DNA of 64,000 bases. It comes from Candidatus Lustribacter sp. GTDB taxonomy: Bacteria; Vulcanimicrobiota; Vulcanimicrobiia; Vulcanimicrobiales; Vulcanimicrobiaceae. How positions within the stretch are numbered: position 1 is the first letter of the stretch; each line of letters starts with the position of its first letter. The stretch spans positions 5,056,001 through 5,120,000 of the forward strand of contig OZ255842.1 of assembly GCA_965277805.1 (NCBI GenBank), written 5' to 3'. Under the pieces are notes generated by a model, which was given only the letters and a program-made list of their open reading frames with translations, ran no database searches and was not told where the DNA came from. Position numbers and translations under genes: made by a program. Shown here piece by piece: positions 12,881 to 22,526 of the stretch.

Positions 12881-13201
12881 CTAGAAGTAAATCCAGACGC
12901 CGTTGCTCCAGCGGCGATGCTCGAACCACCGGCCGCGCGAGTAGTAGCCCCGATAGCCGCCGGGCGCCCAACCATAGTAGCCCTCGTAATACGCCGGTGC
13001 CGGGCCGTACGCGTAGCGGTGCCAGCGATAACGCGGCGGCGGGGGCGCCGGGCGATAGCCCCCGTGGACGACGTAACCGGGACCGCCGATGTTGACACCG
13101 ATACCGACTTGGGCGGCGCTTGCCGTTAACGGTGCCGCGGCGAGCGCGATACCGAATGCGGCGACGGAGAGTTTGCTGACGAATGCGTTCATGTAATGCA
13201 C
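12881..13201 (-). CDS. Small exported Tyr/Gly/Arg-rich hypothetical protein
   Basis: Signal peptide followed by VGIGVNIG-P-rich and W/Y-rich repeats. Confidence 0.65.
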   Translation of the reverse strand: MHYMNAFVSKLSVAAFGIALAAAPLTASAAQVGIGVNIGGPGYVVHGGYRPAPPPPRYRWHRYAYGPAPAYYEGYYGWAPGGYRGYYSRGRWFEHRRWSNGVWIYF

Positions 13202-13289
13202 CTGCTGCGGCAGAGCCGCGACGTAGCTATGCCGTCTTTACGCAAGTGCGCGCCGTTTTATGCGATCCGGCGCAAACGCTAAGCCGTCT

Positions 13290-13850
13290 TTAACGCTGGA
13301 AGCGGAACACCGTCGTCGTCGCGCCGGCGATGTGATCTTTGATCGCAGCGACGACGCCGTCGTGGTCGAGTCCGGCGGTCATTGACGGCGGCGTACTGAG
13401 CGCGTAGAGCGTGACGATGTAGTGATGCGGGGCGTCGCCAACCGGCGGACACGGTCCGCGATAACCAACGAGGTCGCCTGACCCACGGCCGGGCGTGAAC
13501 TTACCGCCGGCGATGTCGGCGGTACTGATACCGGTTGCCGTCCCGGGAATGTTGTAGATCACCCAGTGATTGACGCCGTGCCCGCCGGCGCCGTCGGGAT
13601 CCACTTCGAGGATCGCATAGCTCTGCGTATTTGCCGGCGGGTTCACCCAGCTGAAGCCCGGCGCGTGGTTGGTACCGCCGCACGGGCGCCCGTCCGACGA
13701 GTTCTTGTCGTAGCCGTCGGATGCCGGGAGCAGGGCATCGTCGGCATAGCCGGTGGTCGCGATCGCGAAACCGGCCGCGTTGGCGACGGCGGGAGCGCCC
13801 GCGAAGCACGCGGTCAGGGCGAGGACGAGGACGCGATAGGCAATCTTCAT
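13290..13850 (-). CDS. YbhB/YbcL (PEBP family) protein, exported
   Basis: DPDG...HWVIYNIP...GYRGPCPP...HHY. Confidence 0.9.
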   Translation of the reverse strand: MKIAYRVLVLALTACFAGAPAVANAAGFAIATTGYADDALLPASDGYDKNSSDGRPCGGTNHAPGFSWVNPPANTQSYAILEVDPDGAGGHGVNHWVIYNIPGTATGISTADIAGGKFTPGRGSGDLVGYRGPCPPVGDAPHHYIVTLYALSTPPSMTAGLDHDGVVAAIKDHIAGATTTVFRFQR

Positions 13851-13881
13851 GCCGACCGCTTTGCGACAAAAGTCGCGCTAC

Positions 13882-15000
13882 CTACCAGACGCTGGTTTCG
13901 AGGATGTCCACGCCACCGCCGCGGTCGACGAGATAGATCAAGCCGCGGTCGTCGATCGTGACGTCGTTTGACTGCCGGCGCTCGCGTCCGGCCGGCGGAT
14001 CGGGCAGATACGAGCCGACTTCCTTCGGTGCAAACGGATCGGAGACGTCGACCAAGCGCAGCCCTTGCGCAAACCACGCGCACGGCAAGATCGGACCGCT
14101 GAAACGTTCCGACGGTTGATGGCACCCGGTATTCGGCCGTTGCGGCGCACCGTCGGGATCGAGTCCGGCCACTTGGAACGTGCCGATCGGCACCGGTGCC
14201 GTTTCGTTCGTGATATCGTAGATCCACATGAACGCCGGCGCCGCGGGCCAGCGTTTGTCGACGTCTTCATCGGCGACCAGCATGATGCGCCGGCCCTTGA
14301 GCGGCTCCGGCATTGCGAGCAGCGTGTGCGTCGGGTGCGGAAACGTTTTGGTGTAGTCGAGGCGACCGACGAGTTGCGGATGCGCCAAGTCGCTCACATC
14401 GAGAATCGCGCCGCCGTGTTGCCAATAACTGACGTAGAGCCGGTCGCCCAAACGCAGCGGATGGTGACAGCGCGGGCCGCGCCCGTCGGTGAACGTCGGT
14501 TCCTCGCCTCCTGCCGTCCATTGTCCCGGCAGCCACCAGCGGCCGGCCTCCACCGGATTCGCCGGATCGGCGAGATCGAGGATCATCACGATGCGGCCGT
14601 TGTAGCCCTCGACGGTCGGTGAGATGTACGCGTAGCGCCCGTCGAACGAAAAGCGGTGCACGCCCGAGCCCGCGGTTTTCCATTTCTTGCGCAACACGGG
14701 CTTCGAGGGATTCGTGACGTCGTAGATGCCGAGTCCGCCGCCGAATTCCGGGTCGCCGTCCTTGCCCAAGCGCTCGTGGTTCACGACCATTATGCCGTTG
14801 GCCACGCGCACTTTGTGCGAGTGCCAGCCTTGCGGCATGTCGTCGATCGTCGCGAGCGTACGCGGCTTCTTCGGGTCGGAAACGTCGAAGATCGACGTGC
14901 CGTTGGGCGCGCTCATGTGGCCGACGTACATCGTGGTGCCGTCGATCCACACTTGACCGCCGCCGGGCGTATCGACGTGCGCCACGAGTGTCGTATTCAC
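13882..15000 (-). CDS. LVIVD-repeat beta-propeller protein
   Basis: Repeated IFDVSDP/IYDVTNP/ILDLADP/LVDVSDP; GTG start overlaps the upstream stop (GTGA). Confidence 0.82.
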   Translation of the reverse strand: MNTTLVAHVDTPGGGQVWIDGTTMYVGHMSAPNGTSIFDVSDPKKPRTLATIDDMPQGWHSHKVRVANGIMVVNHERLGKDGDPEFGGGLGIYDVTNPSKPVLRKKWKTAGSGVHRFSFDGRYAYISPTVEGYNGRIVMILDLADPANPVEAGRWWLPGQWTAGGEEPTFTDGRGPRCHHPLRLGDRLYVSYWQHGGAILDVSDLAHPQLVGRLDYTKTFPHPTHTLLAMPEPLKGRRIMLVADEDVDKRWPAAPAFMWIYDITNETAPVPIGTFQVAGLDPDGAPQRPNTGCHQPSERFSGPILPCAWFAQGLRLVDVSDPFAPKEVGSYLPDPPAGRERRQSNDVTIDDRGLIYLVDRGGGVDILETSVW

Positions 15001-16130
15001 GTGGCGGATTTTCTCGGCAGCTCGAAACGCGGCGTGATCCCGTTCTTGCGCATCTCCTCGAGCCAGATCTCGTGGATGCGCGGATCCTGATCCTCGTACT
15101 CGATCTGATCGCCGCCGAGTTTCACGCTCACCTTGCCCATGGCGTTCGCGGTCCCGCCGCCGCCCGTGCGGCGCTGTTGCGAGGTGAAGATGTAGCTCAC
15201 GCCGCCGAGACCGGTGGCGAGATAGCGCGAGGCATTTTCGGTCGTGACGAAGTGCTGGTGGAACTGCTGGTCGCACGGCGGAAAGACCGTGCCGTACTCC
15301 CAATCCACGCGCTCGAAGTCTTTGTCGCCCGGCCGCCACAAGAGCGAGTAGCCGCCGCCCGAAAGCGTAAGGACGTGCGTGCCGCTGCCGTGACGGTGAC
15401 CCTTCTTGTACGATGCCGGCGCGATTTCCGAAACGTGCACGTGCATCGGGCTGTCGGCCAGCGCGAACTTGATGTTGAGCGAACCGGGGCCGCGCTCGTC
15501 GTACGCGGTGAGCTTGATATCGGCCAAGTCGGCGACGAAATTCGTCTGCCAGGTATTGTGGCCGGCGCGGATCATGTGCAGGTCGCCGTCGCCGTTGTAG
15601 TAGCCCTCGCGTCCGATGCGGCTGGCGAATTCGTACGGCACGTTGAAGACGAAGTTGTCATCGTGGAAGAGCTTCATCACCATCGGCGCGGTCGTCGTAG
15701 CGACGATCAGCGCGCGTTGCGTGCCGCTCGCGTTGAAGTGGCGATACTTCGCGTTGAGCGGAATCGCAAACAAGCTGCGCGGTCCCCACTCGAACTGGCG
15801 CTTCGAGCCGTCGGCGAACTCGAGCTCGGTGCTGCCGCGCCCTTCGACGACGAAACAGATCGCTTCGAAGAGATGGTGCACCGGATTCGTGGACGCAGCC
15901 GGCGGGATGTCGAAGAGAAACTGCGAGCAGAAATCGCCGCCGCCGGTGAAGTGCAACGCGGCGCCTTTGACGCCGAAACGCGGCCAATCGCTGGTTTCCG
16001 CGCGCAAGAGGTTGAGCGAGAGGCCTTCGTGGACGCGCAGGCCCTCGCGGGCTACCCATTCTTTGTAGACGTCGACCCCGAAGGGCAGGGTGGCACCGGT
16101 TCCGGGAGTCGTTGTTGTCGTGCTCGCCAT
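14997..16130 (-). CDS. Bicupin protein (gentisate-dioxygenase-like)
   Basis: Two cupin motifs: HHLFEAICFVVEGRG and GHRH...HQH; ATG after GAAGGGGG. Confidence 0.75.
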   Translation of the reverse strand: MASTTTTTPGTGATLPFGVDVYKEWVAREGLRVHEGLSLNLLRAETSDWPRFGVKGAALHFTGGGDFCSQFLFDIPPAASTNPVHHLFEAICFVVEGRGSTELEFADGSKRQFEWGPRSLFAIPLNAKYRHFNASGTQRALIVATTTAPMVMKLFHDDNFVFNVPYEFASRIGREGYYNGDGDLHMIRAGHNTWQTNFVADLADIKLTAYDERGPGSLNIKFALADSPMHVHVSEIAPASYKKGHRHGSGTHVLTLSGGGYSLLWRPGDKDFERVDWEYGTVFPPCDQQFHQHFVTTENASRYLATGLGGVSYIFTSQQRRTGGGGTANAMGKVSVKLGGDQIEYEDQDPRIHEIWLEEMRKNGITPRFELPRKSAT

Positions 16131-16185
16131 GGCTCCCCCTTCGACGCCATTGGACGAAACCTGCACGCTCCGCTAGACTCTAGCT

Positions 16186-17508
16186 ATGATCACGCCCGCG
16201 ATGAACGAACGCTTGACGCAGGTGGGCCCGGGGACGCCCTGCGGCGAGCTGATGCGCCGTTACTGGATCCCGATCGCGCCGTTTGCGCAACTGCTCGAGA
16301 ACCCGGTGCGCAAGGTGCGCATTCTGGGAGAAGACCTCGTGCTCTACCGCGATCGCTCTGAGGGTCTGGGACTAATCGGCGATCGCTGCCTGCACCGGCG
16401 CGTCGATCTGCAGTACGGCATTCCCGACACGAACGGCCTGCGTTGCCCCTATCACGGCTGGCTGTTCGGCGCTACGGGCAAGTGTCTCGAGCGCCCGCTG
16501 GAAGCGCATCCGGAGCGCGAGATCACGCAGCAGCTCAAGGGCTATCCGGTGCAAGAACTGGGCGGCATGGTGTTCGCGTACATGGGCCCGCTCCCGGCGC
16601 CGGCGTTGCCGCGCTGGGATCTCTACGTGCATCCGAATTCGATCCGCCAGATCGCCGTCAACGTGCTCGATTGCAACTGGCTGCAGTGCCAAGAGAACAC
16701 GGGCGATCCGCTGCACAGCGTGTGGGTGCACGGCCGTCAGTTCGAATACATTCTCGAACGCGAAAATCAGCTCGAGCGCGCGCAGAGCGAAAGCCATACG
16801 ATTCATTCGCGCTTGAAGATGGGCGTCGGTATCAAAGAAGTGTATGCCGAGCGCACGATCTACGGCATGCGCAAGGGCGTCGTCTATTCGAAGGAACTCG
16901 GCGCGGAAGAAGACCGCGTGAGCGAACACTCGACCGTGATTTTCCCGTTCTACACGCAGACCGGTAAGGCGGGTGCGCCCCGCAGTGAATATCAGATTCG
17001 CGTGCCGATCGACGACACGCACACGCTGCACATTTGCTATCAGGCCTACGCCGGACCGCCCGGCGTCGATGTGCCGCATCAGGAAGTCGTGCCGTGGTAC
17101 GAGCCGCCTACGGTCGACGAGAGCGGCCGGCCGATTCTCGACTACGTGCTCGCGCAAGACGCGATCGTGTGGACCGCGCAGGGTGAGATCGTCGACCGTT
17201 CGCTCGAAGTGCTGGGCCGCACCGACATCCCGATCAACCTGTTGCGCAAACAGCTCGAAGAACAGATCAAGATCGTCGAAGATGGAGGGGCGCCGATGAA
17301 CGTGTTTACCGAATCGCCGGAGATCATCGACGGCAGCGGCAAACCGGTCGACCGCGCCAATCCCGACTACGCGCTGGCCGGCGAATACCGCAAGATGTAT
17401 CACAAGGGCTTCGGCAACGACGATGTCGATCGCTACGGTCCGCTGCTCGAACAAATCAAGGATCTGCATCGACGCATCGAAGCGGCATCGCTGGCGGGCG
17501 TGCGCTGA
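16186..17508 (+). CDS. Rieske aromatic ring-hydroxylating oxygenase alpha subunit (phthalate 4,5-dioxygenase-like)
   Basis: CLH...CPYH Rieske motif; ENTGDPLHSVWVH mononuclear Fe motif; LTQVGPGTPCGELMRRYW N-terminus. Confidence 0.9.
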   Translation: MITPAMNERLTQVGPGTPCGELMRRYWIPIAPFAQLLENPVRKVRILGEDLVLYRDRSEGLGLIGDRCLHRRVDLQYGIPDTNGLRCPYHGWLFGATGKCLERPLEAHPEREITQQLKGYPVQELGGMVFAYMGPLPAPALPRWDLYVHPNSIRQIAVNVLDCNWLQCQENTGDPLHSVWVHGRQFEYILERENQLERAQSESHTIHSRLKMGVGIKEVYAERTIYGMRKGVVYSKELGAEEDRVSEHSTVIFPFYTQTGKAGAPRSEYQIRVPIDDTHTLHICYQAYAGPPGVDVPHQEVVPWYEPPTVDESGRPILDYVLAQDAIVWTAQGEIVDRSLEVLGRTDIPINLLRKQLEEQIKIVEDGGAPMNVFTESPEIIDGSGKPVDRANPDYALAGEYRKMYHKGFGNDDVDRYGPLLEQIKDLHRRIEAASLAGVR

Positions 17509-18470
17509 TGCGCCGCACGACGCTGCTGGGCGGGATCGCCGGCGTCGCGGCCGCGTCGCCGTTCGCCGGCATAGGCTTCACGCAAACGCTGCAAACCGTG
17601 CGCGTGGGTCTGGCCGAAGGCGACGACGCGACGCCGACGCTCTACGCGGTGAAGGCGGGGCTGTTCAAAAAGTACGGCATCGACGTGCAAGTGACGGCAG
17701 TGGCGAGCGGCGCAGCCGGTCTGGCGGCGCTCGCGGGCGGTGCGATCGACGTCACCAGCACGAGCCTGTTGCCGTTCCTCTCGGCGCGGTCGAAGGGCAT
17801 TCCGCTCACGATCGTTGCGCCGCTGGCGGCGTATTCGCCCGACTCCGTCTATGCGGTGATCTTGGTGAAAAAAGACGCGCCGTACAAAACCGGTCGCGAT
17901 CTCAACGGCAAGACGATCGCCTCCCCCGCGTTGCGCGACCTCAACTGGGTTGCGAGCATGGCCTGGATCGATCAGAACGGCGGCGATTCGACGACCTGCA
18001 AGTCGCTCGAAGTGCCGGCCTCGGTGATCCCGGCGGCGCTCGACGACGGCCGGATCGACGCGGCCACGGTCACGACGCCGCGTTACGTGCAAGCGGTGAA
18101 CGGCGGGCTCGTGCGCGCCTTGGGCAAGTCGTACGAATCGATCGCCAAACGTTTCACCTTCGCCGCGATGGTCTCGAACGTCGACTTCGCCAACAAGAAT
18201 CCGGATGCGATCGCGCGCTTCGGGCGCGCGCTGCGCGATTCGACGCGCTACACGAACACGCATCACGACGAGACCCTGCCGATCTACGCCGCCTTTGCAA
18301 AGATCGACCCGAAAGACATCGCCGGCGCACCGCGCGCGGAGAGCGCGCCGTACGTCGACGCGAAGGACATCCAGCCGATGATCAACGTGGCCGTGAAGTA
18401 CGGCGTGATCGCGCAGGCGATCAACCCGCAAGACCTCATCAGCCCGGCAGCACTCAAACCCGGGACGTAG
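17508..18470 (+). CDS. ABC substrate-binding protein (SsuA/THI5-like)
   Basis: MRRTTLL signal; DLNGKTIAS and GRIDAATV motifs; coupled to the Rieske gene. Confidence 0.82.
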   Translation: MRRTTLLGGIAGVAAASPFAGIGFTQTLQTVRVGLAEGDDATPTLYAVKAGLFKKYGIDVQVTAVASGAAGLAALAGGAIDVTSTSLLPFLSARSKGIPLTIVAPLAAYSPDSVYAVILVKKDAPYKTGRDLNGKTIASPALRDLNWVASMAWIDQNGGDSTTCKSLEVPASVIPAALDDGRIDAATVTTPRYVQAVNGGLVRALGKSYESIAKRFTFAAMVSNVDFANKNPDAIARFGRALRDSTRYTNTHHDETLPIYAAFAKIDPKDIAGAPRAESAPYVDAKDIQPMINVAVKYGVIAQAINPQDLISPAALKPGT

Positions 18471-18477
18471 CCCGGCG

Positions 18478-18858
18478 GTGCAGACGATCGTTCCGATCCT
18501 CCGCTACACGAATGCGCGGGCAGCAATCGCATTTCTTTGCAGGGCGTTCGGTTTCGTCGAGCTGTTCTCGGACCCGCCGTCGGGCGAACCCGTACGTCAC
18601 GCGCGGTTGAAACTCGGAACGAACGAGATCATGCTTGGTTCGGTGCGTGATGCCGACGGGATCGAGAGCCCGCTAGAGCTGGGTGCGGCGACCCAAGGCC
18701 TCTGCGTGTACGTCGAGGATGTCGAGGCGCATTTTGCCGCCGCGAAAGCGGCGGGCGCGAAGGATATGAGCCCGCTCGAAGGCACGGATTTCGGCGCGCG
18801 CCTGTATCATGTGCGCGACCCCGAGGGACATCCCTGGACCTTTAGCTCGCCGCCATAA
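18478..18858 (+). CDS. VOC/glyoxalase family protein
   Basis: AIAFLCRAFGF...YVEDVEAH...RDPEGHPWTF. Confidence 0.88.
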   Translation: MQTIVPILRYTNARAAIAFLCRAFGFVELFSDPPSGEPVRHARLKLGTNEIMLGSVRDADGIESPLELGAATQGLCVYVEDVEAHFAAAKAAGAKDMSPLEGTDFGARLYHVRDPEGHPWTFSSPP

Positions 18859-19849
18859 AGCCCGACGCGCGCAGCTGTTCGATGCGTGCGAGTTGATCCG
18901 GGCTGAGCTGCCCGCGCGCTTCGGCTTCGGCTGCGGCATCGACGTGCGCGGCATCGGAGATGCCGACGAGCACGGTTGAGATCGCCGGATTCGAGAGCCC
19001 AAAGCGGATCGCGGCGGGGACGAGCGTCGGATCGCCCTCATCGCCCAGAAAGCGCAGCGTCTTCGCCTGCTCGATGAACTTTGCGTAATCGCCGCCGCCC
19101 ATTGGCGCGGCGTTGGGATGGCGGTCGAAGCCGGTTGCGAGTGCGCCGCCCTCGAGAATGCGCAGCGCCACGATGCCCATGCCGCGCTGCGCCGCGCGCG
19201 CGCCGACGCGGCCGTAGGTGAACAACGGGTTGACCGTCGGCCCGTCGAGCCACGCGGACTGGTTGAGCATGCTGTAGTTGATGATGATCGAGTCGAACTT
19301 GCCGCTGTCGATCAGCGCCTCGATCAATGCGTTGTCGCCACCGAAGGCCTGGCAGCCGATGAAGCGCACGAGGCCGCGGTTCTTCGCGCGCTCGAAGCCT
19401 TCCACGACGCCGTTTTTGCCGAGCACGTCGTCGAGCGTGAGCAGCGCGCCGCTGCCGTACGGCGATCTCGCCATGCGCGCGGGGCCGACGCGATTGTGCA
19501 TGTGCACGATCGGCAAGACGTCGACCTCGAGCCGCTCGAGGCTTCCCTCGAGCGAGCGCACCACTCCGCCGGCCAAATCGTCGTAGTCTTCAACTTCCAG
19601 CGCGACCTTGGTTGAAATGATCGGCTTCGCACCCAGTTCGCGCAGCGCTTGAGCGAGATGAAGCTCGGAGAGCGTGTCGCCGTACACCGGCGCCGTGTCG
19701 AAGAGCGTGATGCCGCGTTCGAGCGCGCGTTCGACCGCGGCGCGCCGCGCTTCGGCCGGCCCGCTGACCATCAAGCCGGCCGAGGTTCCGCAGCCGAAGC
19801 CGATCTCAGAAATCTCGAGGCCCGTGCGGCCGAGTTTGCGGTACTTCAT
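18842..19849 (-). CDS. Aldo/keto reductase
   Basis: MKYRKLGRTGLEISEIGFGC, FDTAPVYG, TK, SLERL. Confidence 0.88.
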   Translation of the reverse strand: MKYRKLGRTGLEISEIGFGCGTSAGLMVSGPAEARRAAVERALERGITLFDTAPVYGDTLSELHLAQALRELGAKPIISTKVALEVEDYDDLAGGVVRSLEGSLERLEVDVLPIVHMHNRVGPARMARSPYGSGALLTLDDVLGKNGVVEGFERAKNRGLVRFIGCQAFGGDNALIEALIDSGKFDSIIINYSMLNQSAWLDGPTVNPLFTYGRVGARAAQRGMGIVALRILEGGALATGFDRHPNAAPMGGGDYAKFIEQAKTLRFLGDEGDPTLVPAAIRFGLSNPAISTVLVGISDAAHVDAAAEAEARGQLSPDQLARIEQLRASGFMAAS

Positions 19850-20820
19850 GCTGCGCCGGTTATGCCGTCTAGTTCGCGCAGTTCCTCCGGGGTGAGGGTC
19901 CAATCGACCGCCGCCGCGTTTTGCCGAACCTGTTCGGGTCGCGTCGCACCCGCGAGAATGCTGGTGACGCACGGTTGCGCCAGGAGCCACGAAAACGCCA
20001 GTTCGAGCAGCGTATGACCCCGCTGTTGTGCGAACGTGTTGAGCTGCTCGACGAGCGCCGTGTTGCGATCCGTGTCGAAGCGCTTCGTCATCATGTCCGC
20101 AATGCGCGCGTTTTCCGGCGTTTGCAAACGGAGGCGTCCGGCTTCGCTGCCCGCTTCGCCCGCACGGTACTTTCCGGTGAGGAGGCCGCTCGCCAGCGGA
20201 AAATACGTCAAGAGACCGAGCCCGTGGGCCGTCATCATCGGCGCCAGCTGCGGCTCGACGATTGAGCGCTGCAATAAGCTGTATTCGTCCTGACACGAAA
20301 CCGGTTCGTTGAGCCCGAGGAGCTTGGCCGTCATGTACGCGCGGCTGACTTGCCACGCCGGCATCTTGGAGACGCCGTAGTAACGGATCGTTCCGGCCCG
20401 CACGAGGTCGTCGAGCGTGCGGAGCGTTTCGTCGATCGGTGTGATCGGATCCGGTTCGTGGAATTGATAGAGATCGATGTAATCGGTCTGCAGATTGCGC
20501 AGGCTGCGGTGCACGGCTTTGGTGATGTAGTCGCGCGAGCCGGTTCGTAAGACGGTCCGCGACTGGCCGTGCGGTGCCGACGGCGTCCACTTCGTCGCGA
20601 TGTAGACCTCCGCGCGATGCTTTCCCAGCGCTGCGCCGAGTTTTTGTTCGGAGACGCCGCTGCCGTAGCTCTCGGCCGTATCGAACAGCGTGATACCGCT
20701 TTCGAGCGCCGCATCGACGACGCTCTGCGCATCCATCTGCGGCCGGAAGCCGAAGTTATTGCAGCCCAGTGCCAGGACCGAGACCTGGAGACCCGATCGG
20801 CCCAGCGTCCGCGTCTTCAT
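19846..20820 (-). CDS. Aldo/keto reductase
   Basis: LGRSGLQVS, FDTAESYG, TDYIDLYQFH, PLASGLLTGKY. Confidence 0.92.
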   Translation of the reverse strand: MKTRTLGRSGLQVSVLALGCNNFGFRPQMDAQSVVDAALESGITLFDTAESYGSGVSEQKLGAALGKHRAEVYIATKWTPSAPHGQSRTVLRTGSRDYITKAVHRSLRNLQTDYIDLYQFHEPDPITPIDETLRTLDDLVRAGTIRYYGVSKMPAWQVSRAYMTAKLLGLNEPVSCQDEYSLLQRSIVEPQLAPMMTAHGLGLLTYFPLASGLLTGKYRAGEAGSEAGRLRLQTPENARIADMMTKRFDTDRNTALVEQLNTFAQQRGHTLLELAFSWLLAQPCVTSILAGATRPEQVRQNAAAVDWTLTPEELRELDGITGAA

Positions 20821-22526
20821 TTTGGATCGTCTCCCTCGGTGATGACGTCGATGAGCCACGGCCGGCGCGAGTTTCCCGCTTCGTCCAGCGCGGCGGTGAG
20901 CTCCTCAATCGAAGCAGCGCGGCGAGACTGCAATCCGAGGCTTTGCGCGAGCGCGACGTAATCGATCGGCGCTTCGTCAAAGAGCCATCCCATCGATGCG
21001 AGGGCTTCGTCGGAATACGGGTGCGGACTGCCCGATTGAATGCCGCCGCGACCGGGGCCCGTGCCGCGGCTGTGGGCCCAGCCGCGATTGTCGGCAAGGA
21101 CGAAGATCATCGGCAATTGCAAGCGCGCTGCGAGGTAGACCGCGGATGAGGTGAACATGAAGTTGCCGTCGCCGAGCAGCGCGATAACGCGCGCGCCGGG
21201 TTTGGCGAGCTGAACGCCGATCGCGCTCGGCGCACCCCAGCCCTGCGCGCTGCCTTTCCCCGAAAGACCATAATAGGCGTCCGGGTCGTCGAGGTCGACT
21301 AAGGCGTCGAAGTGGGCGACGGCCGAACTGAGCGCTTCGACCACGGTCCACTTGCCGTCGCAGTACTGGTTGACCACGTCGAGGAGGGTCGAGCGCAACA
21401 GTGATGGACCACTCCACGGGGTCTCGCGCAGACCTTGCGCGCGTGTGAGCCGCCGCTCACGGAGAGCCGCGGTTCCGCCGGCGTTGCGCGTCACCGCGGT
21501 GGCCGGGGTGCGTTGGGCGACGAGTGTCGCAAGCTGCGCGAGGCTCGCTTGCGGATGACCGCTGAGCGCAAGGTCGGGCCAGAGTTGTTTCACCGGAAGC
21601 TGTGGATCGCATGAAAGCGCGATCAACTTCAATCCGGCCGGAAGCAGCGGCGGCTCCGAAACGCCGAGTTGGGTGAATTCCACGCCGACTGAGAGCGCGA
21701 CGTCCGCAGCCTCGATCACATCGCGGTTGGCTCGCATCTTCCCGATATAGTTCGGATGCGATGTCGGAAACGGAAGAAACGCCGCGAGGTTGTCCGCCAT
21801 CACCGGCGCTCCAAGGGCCTCGGCTAGTCGCACCGCTTCAGCCATCGCTCCCGCGTACTGCCCGATCTCGCTGCCGAACAGCAGCACGGGACGTTCGGCC
21901 TGCGCTAGCAGCTCCGCTGCGGCGGCGAGACCCTCCGCGTCGGCGGAAGCGCGAGCATATGCATGCATGCGCTCGAAGTCGCCACACGGCGGTGTCTCGC
22001 TGACGACAGCATCCCAAAGATCGAGCGGAACGGCGAGGTGCACAGGGCCCATCGGCGGTTGCGCTGCGATCGCAAACGCGCGCGCCAGCGCCTCCGGGAG
22101 CCGGTCGGCGGTCGGGACTTCGAAACTCCACTTTGCATACTGCGAGGTCATGTCGAGGATCGATCCCGGCACCGCCGCATATTGATCGCGGCCGCTCGTG
22201 ATGCGGCTGCTCGTCGTGGAAACGACGACGAGCGGAACGTGGTCGGCCCACGCGACGGTCATGCCGACCATTCCGAGCGCCGTCCCCGACGAGTAATACA
22301 GAATCGCGCACACCGGTTTGCGCGATGCGCGTGCGTAGCCTTGCGCGACCAGCGTGAGATTCGACTCGTTGAGATGGCTGATGTACCGGATGTCGTCGCG
22401 GCGCCGGTAGAACGCGTCTCCGAGCGGATACATGCCCGTACCGACGATGTTGAAGGCGTCCTTCGCGCCGAGGCGCACGAGCGTATCGACGAACAGATCC
22501 GCGCCGCGTTGTGGCTGGGGCGGCAC
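20817..22526 (-). CDS. Thiamine pyrophosphate-binding enzyme (benzoylformate decarboxylase/ALS-like)
   Basis: GDGNFMF...DN TPP motif; GPVHLAVP; AERPVLLFG. Confidence 0.85.
   Translation of the reverse strand: MPPQPQRGADLFVDTLVRLGAKDAFNIVGTGMYPLGDAFYRRRDDIRYISHLNESNLTLVAQGYARASRKPVCAILYYSSGTALGMVGMTVAWADHVPLVVVSTTSSRITSGRDQYAAVPGSILDMTSQYAKWSFEVPTADRLPEALARAFAIAAQPPMGPVHLAVPLDLWDAVVSETPPCGDFERMHAYARASADAEGLAAAAELLAQAERPVLLFGSEIGQYAGAMAEAVRLAEALGAPVMADNLAAFLPFPTSHPNYIGKMRANRDVIEAADVALSVGVEFTQLGVSEPPLLPAGLKLIALSCDPQLPVKQLWPDLALSGHPQASLAQLATLVAQRTPATAVTRNAGGTAALRERRLTRAQGLRETPWSGPSLLRSTLLDVVNQYCDGKWTVVEALSSAVAHFDALVDLDDPDAYYGLSGKGSAQGWGAPSAIGVQLAKPGARVIALLGDGNFMFTSSAVYLAARLQLPMIFVLADNRGWAHSRGTGPGRGGIQSGSPHPYSDEALASMGWLFDEAPIDYVALAQSLGLQSRRAASIEELTAALDEAGNSRRPWLIDVITEGDDPK

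Noticed and set aside
18842-20590. 582-aa ORF suggesting a large AKR fusion
   Set aside because: The upstream part is an alternate frame of the neighbouring AKR; the real start is 19849.
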